Source: Escherichia coli (GTDB lineage: Bacteria; Pseudomonadota; Gammaproteobacteria; Enterobacterales; Enterobacteriaceae). Taken from it: a DNA stretch of 64,000 nt. The position numbers were made by a program, and so were the translations under genes. The stretch is taken from assembly GCF_024223415.1 (NCBI RefSeq), contig NZ_CP100500.1; one strand, given 5' to 3'. Position 1 is the first letter of the stretch; each line of letters begins with the position of its first letter. Positions 38,966-49,440 of this stretch are shown piece after piece. The notes below the pieces were generated by a model that was not told the DNA's origin, made no database searches, and saw nothing but the letters and a program-made list of their open reading frames with translations.

Positions 38966-39231
38966 AGAAAAATTATTATGGCAAGCCTCTCATTCTCTTG
39001 TCATTTCCCCCCCATTTAGGCACAATGCGCCGCTGTCAAAAAATGACTAAAAACCGACGTTTCATCAGCGTCGGTTATTTTTTGCTTCAAACCAATCATT
39101 CATACCAAGAGGCCGGGCTTCGTACCGGATAGATATTTACTAAAAATCGACAGTTGTTGTCGCTGAGGAATCCAAAAAAATGGGGCAATTTTTTGCTTAC
39201 GCGACGGTTATCACCGTAAAGGAGAATGACC

Positions 39232-40590
39232 ATGTCGCATAACGTTACTCCAAACACCTCTCGCGTGGAATTGCGTAAAACGCTTACGTTAGTTCCGGTT
39301 GTAATGATGGGTCTTGCCTATATGCAGCCGATGACGCTGTTTGATACTTTTGGTATCGTTTCAGGCCTCACGGATGGTCATGTGCCGACAGCCTATGCGT
39401 TCGCATTGATTGCGATCCTGTTTACGGCTCTGAGCTACGGGAAGCTGGTTCGCCGCTATCCTTCTGCTGGCTCTGCATACACTTACGCCCAGAAATCCAT
39501 TAGCCCGACTGTCGGCTTTATGGTGGGTTGGTCTTCTCTGCTCGACTATCTGTTCGCGCCGATGATCAACATTCTGCTGGCGAAAATTTATTTTGAAGCT
39601 CTGGTGCCTTCCATCCCATCGTGGATGTTTGTGGTGGCGCTGGTGGCCTTTATGACCGCCTTTAACCTGCGTAGTCTGAAATCTGTAGCGAACTTCAACA
39701 CTGTAATCGTCGTGTTGCAGGTAGTGCTGATCGCGGTGATTCTGGGCATGGTTGTTTATGGCGTATTTGAAGGTGAAGGCGCTGGTACGCTGGCGAGCAC
39801 TCGTCCGTTCTGGTCTGGCGATGCGCATGTTATCCCGATGATTACCGGGGCGACAATCCTGTGCTTCTCCTTTACCGGCTTTGACGGCATCAGCAACCTG
39901 TCGGAAGAAACCAAAGATGCAGAGCGCGTGATCCCGCGTGCGATTTTCCTGACCGCGCTGATCGGCGGCATGATCTTCATCTTTGCAACTTACTTCCTGC
40001 AGCTGTACTTCCCGGATATCTCTCGCTTTAAAGATCCGGATGCGTCACAGCCTGAAATCATGCTGTACGTTGCGGGTAAAGCGTTCCAGGTTGGCGCGCT
40101 GATCTTCTCCACCATTACCGTACTGGCGTCTGGTATGGCGGCGCACGCAGGTGTTGCGCGTCTGATGTACGTAATGGGTCGTGACGGCGTGTTCCCGAAA
40201 AGCTTCTTCGGTTATGTTCACCCGAAATGGCGTACTCCGGCGATGAACATCATCCTGGTTGGCGCGATTGCCCTGCTGGCAATCAACTTCGACCTGGTAA
40301 TGGCAACGGCGCTGATTAACTTTGGTGCGCTGGTGGCGTTCACCTTTGTTAACCTGTCGGTCATCTCGCAGTTCTGGATCCGTGAGAAGCGTAATAAGAC
40401 GCTGAAAGATCACTTCCAGTATCTGTTCCTGCCGATGTGTGGTGCGCTGACCGTTGGTGCGCTGTGGGTTAATCTGGAAGAAAGCTCAATGGTTCTGGGT
40501 CTGATCTGGGCTGCTATCGGTCTGATTTACCTGGCTTGCGTCACCAAGAGCTTCCGTAACCCGGTTCCGCAGTACGAAGACGTAGCATAA
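39232..40590 (+). CDS. plaP: APC-family amino acid/polyamine permease (putrescine importer PlaP-like)
   Basis: ORF 39226..40590; start at [16 protein letters not shown] gives about 452 aa; polytopic membrane protein. Confidence 0.85.
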   Translation: MSHNVTPNTSRVELRKTLTLVPVVMMGLAYMQPMTLFDTFGIVSGLTDGHVPTAYAFALIAILFTALSYGKLVRRYPSAGSAYTYAQKSISPTVGFMVGWSSLLDYLFAPMINILLAKIYFEALVPSIPSWMFVVALVAFMTAFNLRSLKSVANFNTVIVVLQVVLIAVILGMVVYGVFEGEGAGTLASTRPFWSGDAHVIPMITGATILCFSFTGFDGISNLSEETKDAERVIPRAIFLTALIGGMIFIFATYFLQLYFPDISRFKDPDASQPEIMLYVAGKAFQVGALIFSTITVLASGMAAHAGVARLMYVMGRDGVFPKSFFGYVHPKWRTPAMNIILVGAIALLAINFDLVMATALINFGALVAFTFVNLSVISQFWIREKRNKTLKDHFQYLFLPMCGALTVGALWVNLEESSMVLGLIWAAIGLIYLACVTKSFRNPVPQYEDVA

Positions 40591-40768
40591 TCATCTTTTC
40601 TAATAATCAACCGGAGTCGAATGAACAGTTGGCTCCGGTTTTTTTATTCTTTTTTATCGACATCCTCATTAATAACCATTTGTTCTAATTTAGAGAATTT
40701 GGTTATTGGTCTGCATTCCACCAGTCATGAATAATTTCCCTATTAACATTCATCTGGTTAATTAATTT

Positions 40769-41729
40769 ATGTTTTCAATGATATTAAGCGGGCTAATTTG
40801 TGGTGCTCTGCTGGGATTTGTCATGCAGCGTGGGGGTTTTTGCGTTAATTCAGGCGGGCCTACTGACTTACGAAGCCGGGGCGTTCCCGTGGCTTGGTAC
40901 TGTTATAGGTGGGTATATCTTCGGGCTGGGAATTGTTCTGGCGGGTGGATGTGCCACCGGGACCTGGTATCGCGCGGGTGAGGGATTGATCGGCAGTTGG
41001 ATCGCGCTTTTCACTTATATGGTGATGAGTGCGGTGATGCGTTCTCCACACGCCAGTGGTTTAAATCAAACCTTGCAGCACTACACTACTGAACATAACT
41101 CTATTGCTGATACTTTTAATTTGTCTGTGTGGCCGTTGGTTGCCGTTTTGCTGGTGATAACGCTCTGGGTGGTGATGAAAGAGTTGAAGAAGCCAAAACT
41201 GAAAGTCGCGACCTTACCGCCGCGCCGAACCGGGATCGCTCATATTCTGTTTGAAAAACGCTGGCATCCCTTTGTCACTGCTGTACTCATCGGTTTGATT
41301 GCGCTTTTAGCCTGGCCCCTGAGTGAAGCAACCGGACGCATGTTTGGGTTAGGAATCACTTCCCCAACGGCCAATATTCTGCAATTTCTGGTCGCGGGTG
41401 ACGTGAAATACATTAACTGGGGCGTTTTCCTGGTGTTAGGGATCTTCGTGGGGTCATTTATTGCAGCCAAAGCGAGCCGTGAGTTCCGCGTTCGCGCAGC
41501 TGATGCACAAACAACAGTACGTAGCGGGTTAGGTGGTGTACTGATGGGCTTCGGTGCCAGTATTGCAGGTGGTTGCTCTATCGGTAATGGACTGGTTATG
41601 ACTGCAATGATGACCTGGCAGGGCTGGGTTGGCCTTGTATTTATGATTCTCGGAGTCTGGACTGCGTCCTGGCTTGTGTATGTTCGACCGCAGCGTAAGG
41701 CGCGACTGGCAACTGCTGCGGCAAATTAA
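40769..41729 (+). pseudogene. yeeE: yeeE-like (YeeE/YedE family thiosulfate transporter) gene split across two reading frames
   Basis: ORF 40769..40981 carries the N-terminal TM segment; ORF 40800..41729 (+1 frame, no ATG) carries the rest including both GGC(A/S)xG motifs; the span is 961 nt, not a multiple of 3. Confidence 0.6.
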
Positions 41730-41742
41730 GTAAGGTGTAAAG

Positions 41743-41970
41743 ATGGCGATTAAAAAGCTGGATGTGGTGACGCAGGTCTGTCCGTTTCCACTCATAGAAG
41801 CAAAAGCAGCACTGGCAGAAATGGCCAGCGGCGATAAGTTGGTAATTGAGTTTGATTGCACCCAGGCAACTGAAGCAATCCCACAGTGGGCGGCAGAAGA
41901 AGGACATGCCATCACCGATTATCAGCAGATTGGCGATGCTGCGTGGAGCATCACCGTTCAAAAAGCCTGA
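41743..41970 (+). CDS. yeeD: TusA-like sulfurtransferase
   Basis: 75-aa ORF with the TusA active-site CPxP motif (VCPFP). Confidence 0.85.
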   Translation: MAIKKLDVVTQVCPFPLIEAKAALAEMASGDKLVIEFDCTQATEAIPQWAAEEGHAITDYQQIGDAAWSITVQKA

Positions 41971-41975
41971 CCCAA

Positions 41976-42006
41976 CATTGTCCTCCGCCGTATCAGCGGC
42001 GGAGGC
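41976..42006. terminator. bidirectional hairpin between convergent yeeD and sbcB
   Basis: Inverted repeat CCTCCGCCG-TATCAG-CGGCGGAGG. Confidence 0.45.
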
Positions 42007-42012
42007 TTCAAA

Positions 42013-43440
42013 CTAGACGATCTCTTCCGCGTACTGCCAAAGCGCTTTTAACAGCGCCACTTTTTCTTTATCGTCGGCATACTGCTGCGCCAGCATCTGA
42101 ATCTCTTCTGCATAGCCTTGTAAAAACTCGGGTGTGAATACCTGGCGGCGGTGCTCCAGCCAACGTTGCTGCTCGGCATAATCCAGCGTCCCCGGGAAGT
42201 TGCGTGCCCGATAATTGAACAACAGCTTTTCAATCCGTTTATCAACAAAAGTGATATCCAGTGCCGGTAAATTACGCGGCTCGGTTTCCAGCACAATTTT
42301 CATTGCTGCACGATCGGCGTCACTGAAAAAGCCGTTATAAAGCTGTGCATCCACGTTATCTGAAGGCGTAAACGGTTCGGCTTCCGCGAATATCGCCACC
42401 ACTTTTTCACGCACTTGCGGATTTTCACGCAGAATTTTTAGGTTATCGAGGCAATGCTGACGATTAATTCCCAGTCGGTCGGCATCTTCCGGGCGTAGCG
42501 TATTCGCCTGGGCCAGTACCGGACATTTATTGATGTGCACCAGCTTAACCGGAACGGCGGCGTTATCGCCAAGATCGGCTTTTGCGGTATATAAACGCTC
42601 GCGCAATGTGTCGCTATCCAGCTCCAGTAATGGCGAAATGTCTCCTGCCAAATCCACCATAATTACGGCATTGCGATTTTCAGGATGCCACGCCAGCGGT
42701 GCCACCCAGCTGGTATTGCCACGCCATGCCCCAAACATTCCGGAAACGTGAACCAGGGGTTTCATCTGCGGAACATCAATCAACGCCATCAGTTTGTGTT
42801 TATTACGATGGGTAAAGAGATAATCAAACAGACGTGGCTGACGCGTTTTTACCAGTTTCGCCATCGCAATAGTGGCGTACACATCAGCCATCGCATCGTG
42901 GGCGTTGCTATGTTCAATACCATTCGCTTTGGTTAAATGCTCAAGGCGAAAGCTCGGTAGACCGTCATCATTTTCAGGCCAGTTTATTCCTTCCGGGCGC
43001 AGGGCATAACAGGCACGCATAACATCCAGTAAATCCCAGCGCGAGTTATCATGCTGCCAGCTCCAGGCGTAAGGATCGTAGAAATTACGATAAAAAACGT
43101 TGCGTGTGACTTCGTCGTCGAAACGCACATTGTTGTAGCCCAGAATACAGGTCTTCGGTACGGTAAAAAGCGAGTGAATACGGGCGGCAAACGTGGCTTC
43201 GTTTTCTCCTTTCGCCCGTGCTTCCTGCGGGGTAATACCGGTAATTAATACTGCTCCAGGCTGGGGTAAATAGTCATCCGCGGGCTTGCAGTAAAAGACT
43301 TCGGGTTCGCCGATGACATTGAATTCGTTATCAGTGCGAATGGCTGCGAACTGTGCAGGGCGATCTAACGCGGGGTGCGTTCCAAAGGTTTCGTAATCGT
43401 GAAACAAAAAGGTAGATTGTTGCTTACCGTCATTCATCAT
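42013..43440 (-). CDS. sbcB: exodeoxyribonuclease I
   Basis: ORF 42013..43512; likely start at MMNDGKQQSTFLFHDYETFG; DEDDh exonuclease. Confidence 0.9.
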   Translation of the reverse strand: MMNDGKQQSTFLFHDYETFGTHPALDRPAQFAAIRTDNEFNVIGEPEVFYCKPADDYLPQPGAVLITGITPQEARAKGENEATFAARIHSLFTVPKTCILGYNNVRFDDEVTRNVFYRNFYDPYAWSWQHDNSRWDLLDVMRACYALRPEGINWPENDDGLPSFRLEHLTKANGIEHSNAHDAMADVYATIAMAKLVKTRQPRLFDYLFTHRNKHKLMALIDVPQMKPLVHVSGMFGAWRGNTSWVAPLAWHPENRNAVIMVDLAGDISPLLELDSDTLRERLYTAKADLGDNAAVPVKLVHINKCPVLAQANTLRPEDADRLGINRQHCLDNLKILRENPQVREKVVAIFAEAEPFTPSDNVDAQLYNGFFSDADRAAMKIVLETEPRNLPALDITFVDKRIEKLLFNYRARNFPGTLDYAEQQRWLEHRRQVFTPEFLQGYAEEIQMLAQQYADDKEKVALLKALWQYAEEIV

Positions 43441-43648
43441 TAGGTTAAATCCGTTATTTCTGCTGTCTGCCAGAGTATCAAATATCACCGTGCTAATCAG
43501 CTTTAGCGCCACAATTTGGCAGCGAGTGGCAACAGATCATGTCAGATAAAAATGAGAGGGTAGTCACATTTTCTTGCACTTTATTCCAGCCAGTTCATAA
43601 GTATTTCCGTAAAAAGAACAGCTATTTGAAACTCCTGAGGGTTTGCTG

Positions 43649-44815
43649 TTGAAACGCCGTCTTATTATTGCTGCTTCTTTGTTCGTTTTTAACTTATCGT
43701 CTGGTTTTGCGGCGGAAAACATTCCTTTTTCACCTCAGCCTCCAGAGATTCATGCCGGGTCCTGGGTATTGATGGATTACACCACCGGTCAGATCCTCAC
43801 CGCGGTTAATGAGCATCAACAGCGCAATCCCGCCAGCCTGACAAAGCTGATGACGGGTTATGTCGTGGATCGCGCTATCGATAGTCATCGCATTACGCCA
43901 GACGATATTGTCACCGTGGGGCGCAATGCGTGGGCGAAAGATAATCCGGTGTTTGTCGGTTCTTCACTGATGTTTTTGAAAGAGGGCGATCGCGTATCGG
44001 TACGTGATTTAAGCCGTGGTTTAATTGTGGATTCCGGAAATGACGCTTGTGTTGCTCTGGCTGACTATATTGCCGGTGGGCAACGGCAGTTTGTTGAAAT
44101 GATGAACAACTATGCCGAGAAGCTGCATCTCAAGGATACGCATTTTGAAACAGTGCATGGTCTGGATGCACCTGGCCAGCATAGCTCGGCTTATGATTTA
44201 GCTGTGCTTTCTCGCGCTATCATCCACGGCGAGCCCGAGTTTTATCATATGTACAGTGAGAAAAGTCTCACCTGGAACGGTATCACCCAGCAAAACCGTA
44301 ACGGGTTGTTGTGGGATAAAACCATGAATGTTGACGGCCTGAAAACGGGTCATACTTCTGGTGCCGGGTTTAATCTCATTGCTTCGGCTGTAGATGGGCA
44401 GCGTCGTCTCATTGCAGTGGTAATGGGGGCTGACAGTGCAAAAGGTCGTGAGGAAGAGGCAAGAAAATTACTGCGTTGGGGGCAACAAAACTTTACTACG
44501 GTGCAAATTTTGCACCGTGGGAAAAAGGTCGGAACGGAACGCATCTGGTATGGCGATAAAGAAAATATCGACCTGGGAACGGAACAAGAGTTCTGGATGG
44601 TGCTACCGAAAGCCGAAATTCCACATATCAAAGCCAAATATACCCTTAATGGTAAAGAGCTCACCGCGCCAATTAGCGCCCATCAGCGGGTAGGGGAAAT
44701 TGAACTTTACGACCGTGATAAACAGGTGGCGCACTGGCCGCTGGTTACCCTGGAATCTGTCGGGGAAGGCAGCATGTTTTCTCGCCTGAGTGATTATTTC
44801 CACCATAAGGCCTGA
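43649..44815 (+). CDS. dacD: D-alanyl-D-alanine carboxypeptidase (PBP6b)
   Basis: ORF 43643..44815 has a non-ATG start (TTG); signal peptide and SxxK motif (ASLTK). Confidence 0.85.
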   Translation: MKRRLIIAASLFVFNLSSGFAAENIPFSPQPPEIHAGSWVLMDYTTGQILTAVNEHQQRNPASLTKLMTGYVVDRAIDSHRITPDDIVTVGRNAWAKDNPVFVGSSLMFLKEGDRVSVRDLSRGLIVDSGNDACVALADYIAGGQRQFVEMMNNYAEKLHLKDTHFETVHGLDAPGQHSSAYDLAVLSRAIIHGEPEFYHMYSEKSLTWNGITQQNRNGLLWDKTMNVDGLKTGHTSGAGFNLIASAVDGQRRLIAVVMGADSAKGREEEARKLLRWGQQNFTTVQILHRGKKVGTERIWYGDKENIDLGTEQEFWMVLPKAEIPHIKAKYTLNGKELTAPISAHQRVGEIELYDRDKQVAHWPLVTLESVGEGSMFSRLSDYFHHKA

Positions 44816-44899
44816 CCTTTCTTTTGCAGCAGACTGGCAGGAGTGCGAGTCTGCTCGCATAATCAACACTCATTCCTTGTGGTTTTAATATTGCAACTA

Positions 44900-44919
44900 T
44901 ACTGTATATAAAAACAGTA
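44900..44919 (+). promoter_or_regulatory. LexA box (SOS operator) upstream of sbmC
   Basis: ACTGTATATAAAAACAGTA matches the CTGT-N8-ACAG consensus about 15 bp upstream of the sbmC start; coordinates approximate. Confidence 0.7.
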
Positions 44920-44933
44920 ATAATGGAGGCGTC

Positions 44934-45407
44934 ATGAACTACGAGATTAAGCAGGAAGATAAACGTACCGTTGCAGGTTTCCATCTCGTTGGCCCGTGGG
45001 AACAGACGGTAAAGAAAGGTTTTGAGCAGTTGATGATGTGGGTAGATAGCAAAAATATTGTGCCGAAGGAGTGGGTTGCTGTCTATTACGACAATCCGGA
45101 TGAAACACCCGCCGAAAAATTACGCTGCGACACCGTCGTGACGGTACCGAATAACTTTACGCTCCCCGAAAACAGTGAGGGCGTCATTCTGACAGAAATT
45201 TCAGGTGGTCAATATGCGGTGGCGGTGGCTCGTGTAGTCGGTGATGATTTTGCTAAACCCTGGTATCAGTTCTTTAATAGCCTCTTGCAGGACAGTGCTT
45301 ATGAAATGTTACCAAAGCCCTGCTTCGAGGTTTACTTGAACAATGGCGCGGAAGATGGGTACTGGGATATCGAAATGTATGTTGCGGTGCAGCCAAAACA
45401 TCACTAA
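44934..45407 (+). CDS. sbmC: DNA gyrase inhibitor SbmC (GyrI)
   Basis: 157-aa ORF recognised as SbmC. Confidence 0.9.
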   Translation: MNYEIKQEDKRTVAGFHLVGPWEQTVKKGFEQLMMWVDSKNIVPKEWVAVYYDNPDETPAEKLRCDTVVTVPNNFTLPENSEGVILTEISGGQYAVAVARVVGDDFAKPWYQFFNSLLQDSAYEMLPKPCFEVYLNNGAEDGYWDIEMYVAVQPKHH

Positions 45408-45604
45408 TTCATCTCAGGGCGGTGTGTTGACGCGAAGACCACTCTTTTTTTGAAAACGAAAAGAGTAAGATGCGCCTTTCAATTTTTTCGCTCCTGCCGG
45501 GAAATTACACTGTTCCCGGTTTGTCCGTCGGATAATTCAGAGGCGCGCCTTCTGGCCGACAGATGAGTTATGAGCGCTTTTAATCTTCATTACGGAGTTT
45601 CTGC

Positions 45605-46663
45605 GTGCGTGCCGATAAGTCATTAAGCCCGTTTGAAATCCGGGTATACCGCCATTACCGCATTGTGCATGGTACTCGGGTCGCGCTGGCATTCCTGCTC
45701 ACTTTTCTCATTATCCGCCTGTTTACTATCCCGGAAAGCACCTGGCCGCTGGTCACCATGGTGGTGATTATGGGGCCAATCTCGTTCTGGGGGAACGTTG
45801 TCCCTCGCGCATTCGAACGTATTGGCGGTACGGTGTTGGGGTCGATTTTAGGTCTTATCGCTCTGCAACTGGAGTTAATCTCGTTACCGCTGATGTTAGT
45901 CTGGTGCGCGGCGGCTATGTTTCTTTGCGGTTGGCTGGCGCTGGGCAAGAAACCGTATCAAGGTTTATTGATTGGGGTGACGCTGGCAATTGTTGTTGGT
46001 TCCCCGACAGGTGAAATTAATACGGCGTTATGGCGAAGCGGCGATGTGATCCTCGGCTCTTTACTGGCAATGTTGTTTACCGGTATCTGGCCACAACGGG
46101 CGTTCATCCACTGGCGCATTCAACTGGCGAAAAGTCTGACCGAGTATAATCGGGTCTATCAATCTGCATTCTCACCGAACTTACTCGAACGCCCACGTCT
46201 GGAAAGCCATCTACAAAAACTCCTGACCGATGCCGTGAAAATGCGTGGGCTGATTGCGCCCGCCAGCAAAGAAACCCGTATTCCAAAATCGATATATGAA
46301 GGTATCCAGACCATTAACCGCAATCTGGTTTGTATGCTGGAGTTGCAAATCAATGCGTACTGGGCCACGCGCCCCAGCCATTTCGTGTTATTGAGCGCGC
46401 AAAAACTTCGTGATACCCAGCACATGATGCAGCAAATACTGCTGAGCCTTGTTCATGCGCTGTACGAAGGTAATCCGCAGCCGGTTTTTGCCAATACGGA
46501 AAAATTGAACGATGCTGTGGAAGAGCTGCGTCAGTTGCTCAATAACCACCATGACCTGAAGGTAGTGGAAACACCAATCTATGGTTATGTGTGGCTGAAC
46601 ATGGAAACGGCGCATCAGCTTGAGTTGCTATCGAATCTGATTTGCCGGGCCTTGCGCAAATAA
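45605..46663 (+). CDS. yeeA: inner membrane protein YeeA (FUSC-like)
   Basis: 352-aa ORF, N-terminal membrane domain plus soluble C-terminus; non-ATG start. Confidence 0.8.
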   Translation: MRADKSLSPFEIRVYRHYRIVHGTRVALAFLLTFLIIRLFTIPESTWPLVTMVVIMGPISFWGNVVPRAFERIGGTVLGSILGLIALQLELISLPLMLVWCAAAMFLCGWLALGKKPYQGLLIGVTLAIVVGSPTGEINTALWRSGDVILGSLLAMLFTGIWPQRAFIHWRIQLAKSLTEYNRVYQSAFSPNLLERPRLESHLQKLLTDAVKMRGLIAPASKETRIPKSIYEGIQTINRNLVCMLELQINAYWATRPSHFVLLSAQKLRDTQHMMQQILLSLVHALYEGNPQPVFANTEKLNDAVEELRQLLNNHHDLKVVETPIYGYVWLNMETAHQLELLSNLICRALRK

Positions 46664-46834
46664 TTCCTGAACTTCAGAATCATCTTGCTGCTGCTTCGAT
46701 TCAGCAAGGATAAAGGGTATGATAGTGAAAAGGGATAAAAGCATTGTCATCTGCGGCAGCTATGAGTAATGTTGGCCCTAACGAATAGCGGTTGCTTAAA
46801 CGAATCCGACTCTCACATTATCAGGGGTATAAAA

Positions 46835-47164
46835 ATGGAAACTACCAAGCCTTCATTCCAGGACGTACTGGAATTTGTTCGTCTGTTCCGTCGTAAGAAC
46901 AAACTGCAACGTGAAATTCAGGACGTTGAGAAAAAGATCCGTGACAACCAGAAGCGCGTCCTGCTGCTGGACAACCTGAGCGATTACATCAAGCCTGGGA
47001 TGAGCGTTGAAGCAATCCAGGGCATCATCGCCAGCATGAAAGGTGACTATGAAGATCGCGTTGACGATTACATCATCAAAAATGCCGAGCTCTCCAAAGA
47101 ACGCCGCGATATCTCCAAAAAGCTGAAAGCTATGGGCGAAATGAAAAACGGCGAAGCGAAGTAA
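46835..47164 (+). CDS. yeeX: UPF0265 protein YeeX
   Basis: ORF 46769..47164; start at [14 protein letters not shown] gives 109 aa. Confidence 0.85.
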   Translation: METTKPSFQDVLEFVRLFRRKNKLQREIQDVEKKIRDNQKRVLLLDNLSDYIKPGMSVEAIQGIIASMKGDYEDRVDDYIIKNAELSKERRDISKKLKAMGEMKNGEAK

Positions 47165-47179
47165 TTCCCGTTTTATTCA

Positions 47180-47208
47180 ATGAGGGTTGCCCGGCAACCC
47201 TCATTGCT
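47180..47208 (+). terminator. hairpin after yeeX
   Basis: Inverted repeat AATGAGGGTTGCC-CG-GCAACCCTCATT immediately after the yeeX stop. Confidence 0.45.
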
Positions 47209-47264
47209 CATTGATTCTTATCTGTGTATCACCGTCATCATTCTCATCTGAGAACCAATCGAAA

Positions 47265-47450
47265 TTAACAACAGCCTTCTTCTGTATGCAGCAAGGCAAA
47301 AAGTTCTGTAACTCCATTGTTATTAACTGCACTGGTTACTAACACGTTGTGCGCTCCAGCTTCCCGTAACCAACTTTTCACCAAAGATATTTGTTCCATG
47401 CTGGCTAAATCTGCTTTGGTTACTACTCCAATGACCGGGTGATTCATGGC
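47265..47450 (-). pseudogene. truncated EutP/PduV-like GTPase C-terminal fragment (yoeF-like)
   Basis: Only the C-terminal about 60 aa (…NHPVIGVVTKADLASMEQISLVKSWLREAGAHNVLVTSAVNNNGVTELFALLHTEEGCC) is EutP-like; the upstream part of ORF 47265..47621 is antisense to the IS66 remnant. Confidence 0.5.
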
Positions 47451-47499
47451 CCGGTAGGGCGTTTTTACCTCTAATTCCTGCTTCAGCACTGAGATTCCT

Positions 47500-47680
47500 G
47501 CTTGTTGCCGGAAAAGCAGGCACCTGCCGTCTGAACGGTATCGATCCGGAAGCGTATCTGCGCCATATTCTGAGCATACTGCCGGAATGGCCCTCCAACC
47601 GTGTTGACGAACTCCTGCCATGGAACGTAGTTCTCACCAATAAATAAGCGTCAATACGGTGCTCCGTTGACGCTTACTTT
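47500..47680 (+). mobile_element. IS66-family right-end remnant (transposase C-terminus plus terminal inverted repeat)
   Basis: Plus-strand translation …GIDPEAYLRHILSILPEWPSNRVDELLPWNVVLTNK* parallels the C-terminus of the intact transposase at 61821..63356; downstream …CGCTTAC matches the IS66 IR core; coordinates approximate. Confidence 0.55.
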
Positions 47681-47879
47681 AATCCGTTTTCTGAGCTTAG
47701 ATTTTTCTGTTCCTACCCAGACCGTGGATTTGGAATTCATTTTTTGTCAGGTCAATGCTAATCGTTAAAACGGCCATAACGCACCTCCACTGGAAGGTTT
47801 ATCAGTAATATCCTACCGTTGCTTCATGGTCGGGGCGTCCATTCCATTATTATCGGTTTTCCTTTCTGTTTATAAATGA

Positions 47880-47907
47880 AAACGCCAGCTGTATTCAGGC
47901 TGGCGTC
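47880..47907 (-). terminator. putative terminator downstream of yeeW
   Basis: Minus-strand hairpin CGCCAGC-loop-GCTGGCG followed by a T-run. Confidence 0.4.
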
Positions 47908-48061
47908 AGGGGAAATGAAGCCTGTTGAGTGAGATTCACCGGTTCTGGTGCAGAAGCTGCAGATGGCGCAGGGTAAGGACATCTTCTCTTGCCTGCTTAA
48001 TACAGGACAACAGTGCTGTTTCTGTGGTTAATGGCACTATACCCTGCATCACTGCATTGTC

Positions 48062-48256
48062 TTACAGCAACTGGTGAGGGCTGGCATAAGTTGCCGGTGT
48101 TTCGGTAGAGTCACGGTCATCCACCACGCGGAGTGAATAACCTTTTTCAGCGGCCTTATTAATCAGTTCAGTGATATTAACACCATCAATGTCAACGGCA
48201 ATGTGCCCCATATCCAGCGCCTGTACGTTAACGCTGTCGGCTTCCAGTGTCATCAT
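48062..48256 (-). CDS. yeeW: prophage protein YeeW
   Basis: 64-aa ORF recognised as YeeW; start overlaps the cbtA stop. Confidence 0.7.
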   Translation of the reverse strand: MMTLEADSVNVQALDMGHIAVDIDGVNITELINKAAEKGYSLRVVDDRDSTETPATYASPHQLL

Positions 48257-48626
48257 TTCGCCTCCGGATACTTACCCAGGGTAATGTTATTTACCGTTCT
48301 GTAATTGTCGCGGGTCATCAGGCCGGTCGCCCTGCGAGCCCGGAGGATATCGATGCTGTTTATTAACTGAGAGCGGGTACAGGCGCTGAATCCCGGCTGG
48401 TCGGTAGCACCAGCGCGTATTTTTCCACGAGAAAGTTCACCGCATCACACAGTGAAATGCCTGCCTCAATATGCTGCTCAATCACACGTTCATCGGCAAA
48501 AGGTGTGTCATTCAGTGTGAGGCCATAGTGCTGGTCCAGCAGTCGGGACAGCAGTATCTGCCAGATTTCAACAGGAGACGGGCGAGAACTGGTCGCCTGC
48601 CCGGGTAATACAGGTAATGTTTTCAT
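48253..48626 (-). pseudogene. cbtA: frameshifted type IV toxin cbtA (yeeV)
   Basis: ORF 48363..48626 matches CbtA through …[10 protein letters not shown] and then diverges; the expected C-terminus ([40 protein letters not shown]) reads in another frame. Confidence 0.7.
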
Positions 48627-48714
48627 ACTGAAGATTTTCCTGATATGCAGATATAAAAATGGAAAAGTGGCGTGGTGAAAACACCAGGCCGTAGCAGAAG
48701 GCTATTCTGGAGAG

Positions 48715-49083
48715 TTAATTTTTCATTTCGGGCGTCGGATAAACAGCCAGATAAACGTAACCACAACTGCTGAGGGTATCGGCTTTGCAGGTCAGCCCTT
48801 TTGCATACAGCGTGACGGTATGCTGATGGCGGGGATTCAGTTCACCGCTGGTGAGCATGAGTTCCAGTTGTTTCATCAGCAGCGGAAAGGCCTGGTCCAG
48901 GTGGTACGCATCTGCATCGCTGAACAGGCCTCTGATACCGGCGCGGTCGGCAAGGTAATGCAACCGGTTACCCTCCTGCACCAGACGTGCCCCGAAACAG
49001 GGCGTCACGGTGCAGGGCAGCCCCCACCAGGGGCGGTCGTGATTGTCGTCGGGAAGTGTTGTCCCGGGGAGTGTGTCTGACAC
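48715..49083 (-). CDS. cbeA: antitoxin CbeA (YeeU)
   Basis: 122-aa ORF recognised as YeeU/CbeA. Confidence 0.85.
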   Translation of the reverse strand: MSDTLPGTTLPDDNHDRPWWGLPCTVTPCFGARLVQEGNRLHYLADRAGIRGLFSDADAYHLDQAFPLLMKQLELMLTSGELNPRHQHTVTLYAKGLTCKADTLSSCGYVYLAVYPTPEMKN

Positions 49084-49156
49084 GATAAAATCCTTACAGA
49101 AAATCGGCTAAGAATGGTCCGGTAGTGGCGATAATTCTGCTCATCAGAATTCCCAC

Positions 49157-49378
49157 TCAGTTCAGGGTGACGCTCATCAGCCGGACATACGGACCAAAAC
49201 TGTCCTTACGGCGTTCAGCAAACACGGCCAGCACACCGGGAATATCCTGCACTTCACGACCGGTATACGCTTCAGCACTGCCGTGCCAGCGGTATTTACC
49301 GGTACAGAACGGAAAAAGACGGGATGTCGGATGTTGTTGGTGAATACGCATGGCTTCACCACGGGTGATAATTTTCAT
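49157..49378 (-). CDS. yeeT: prophage protein YeeT (DUF987)
   Basis: 73-aa ORF recognised as YeeT. Confidence 0.8.
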   Translation of the reverse strand: MKIITRGEAMRIHQQHPTSRLFPFCTGKYRWHGSAEAYTGREVQDIPGVLAVFAERRKDSFGPYVRLMSVTLN

Positions 49379-49440
49379 AATGGGATACCTCTGAAGACAG
49401 AAGATAAAAGTGAAAACAGGTGTGATGTGGTTGTGAAGGG

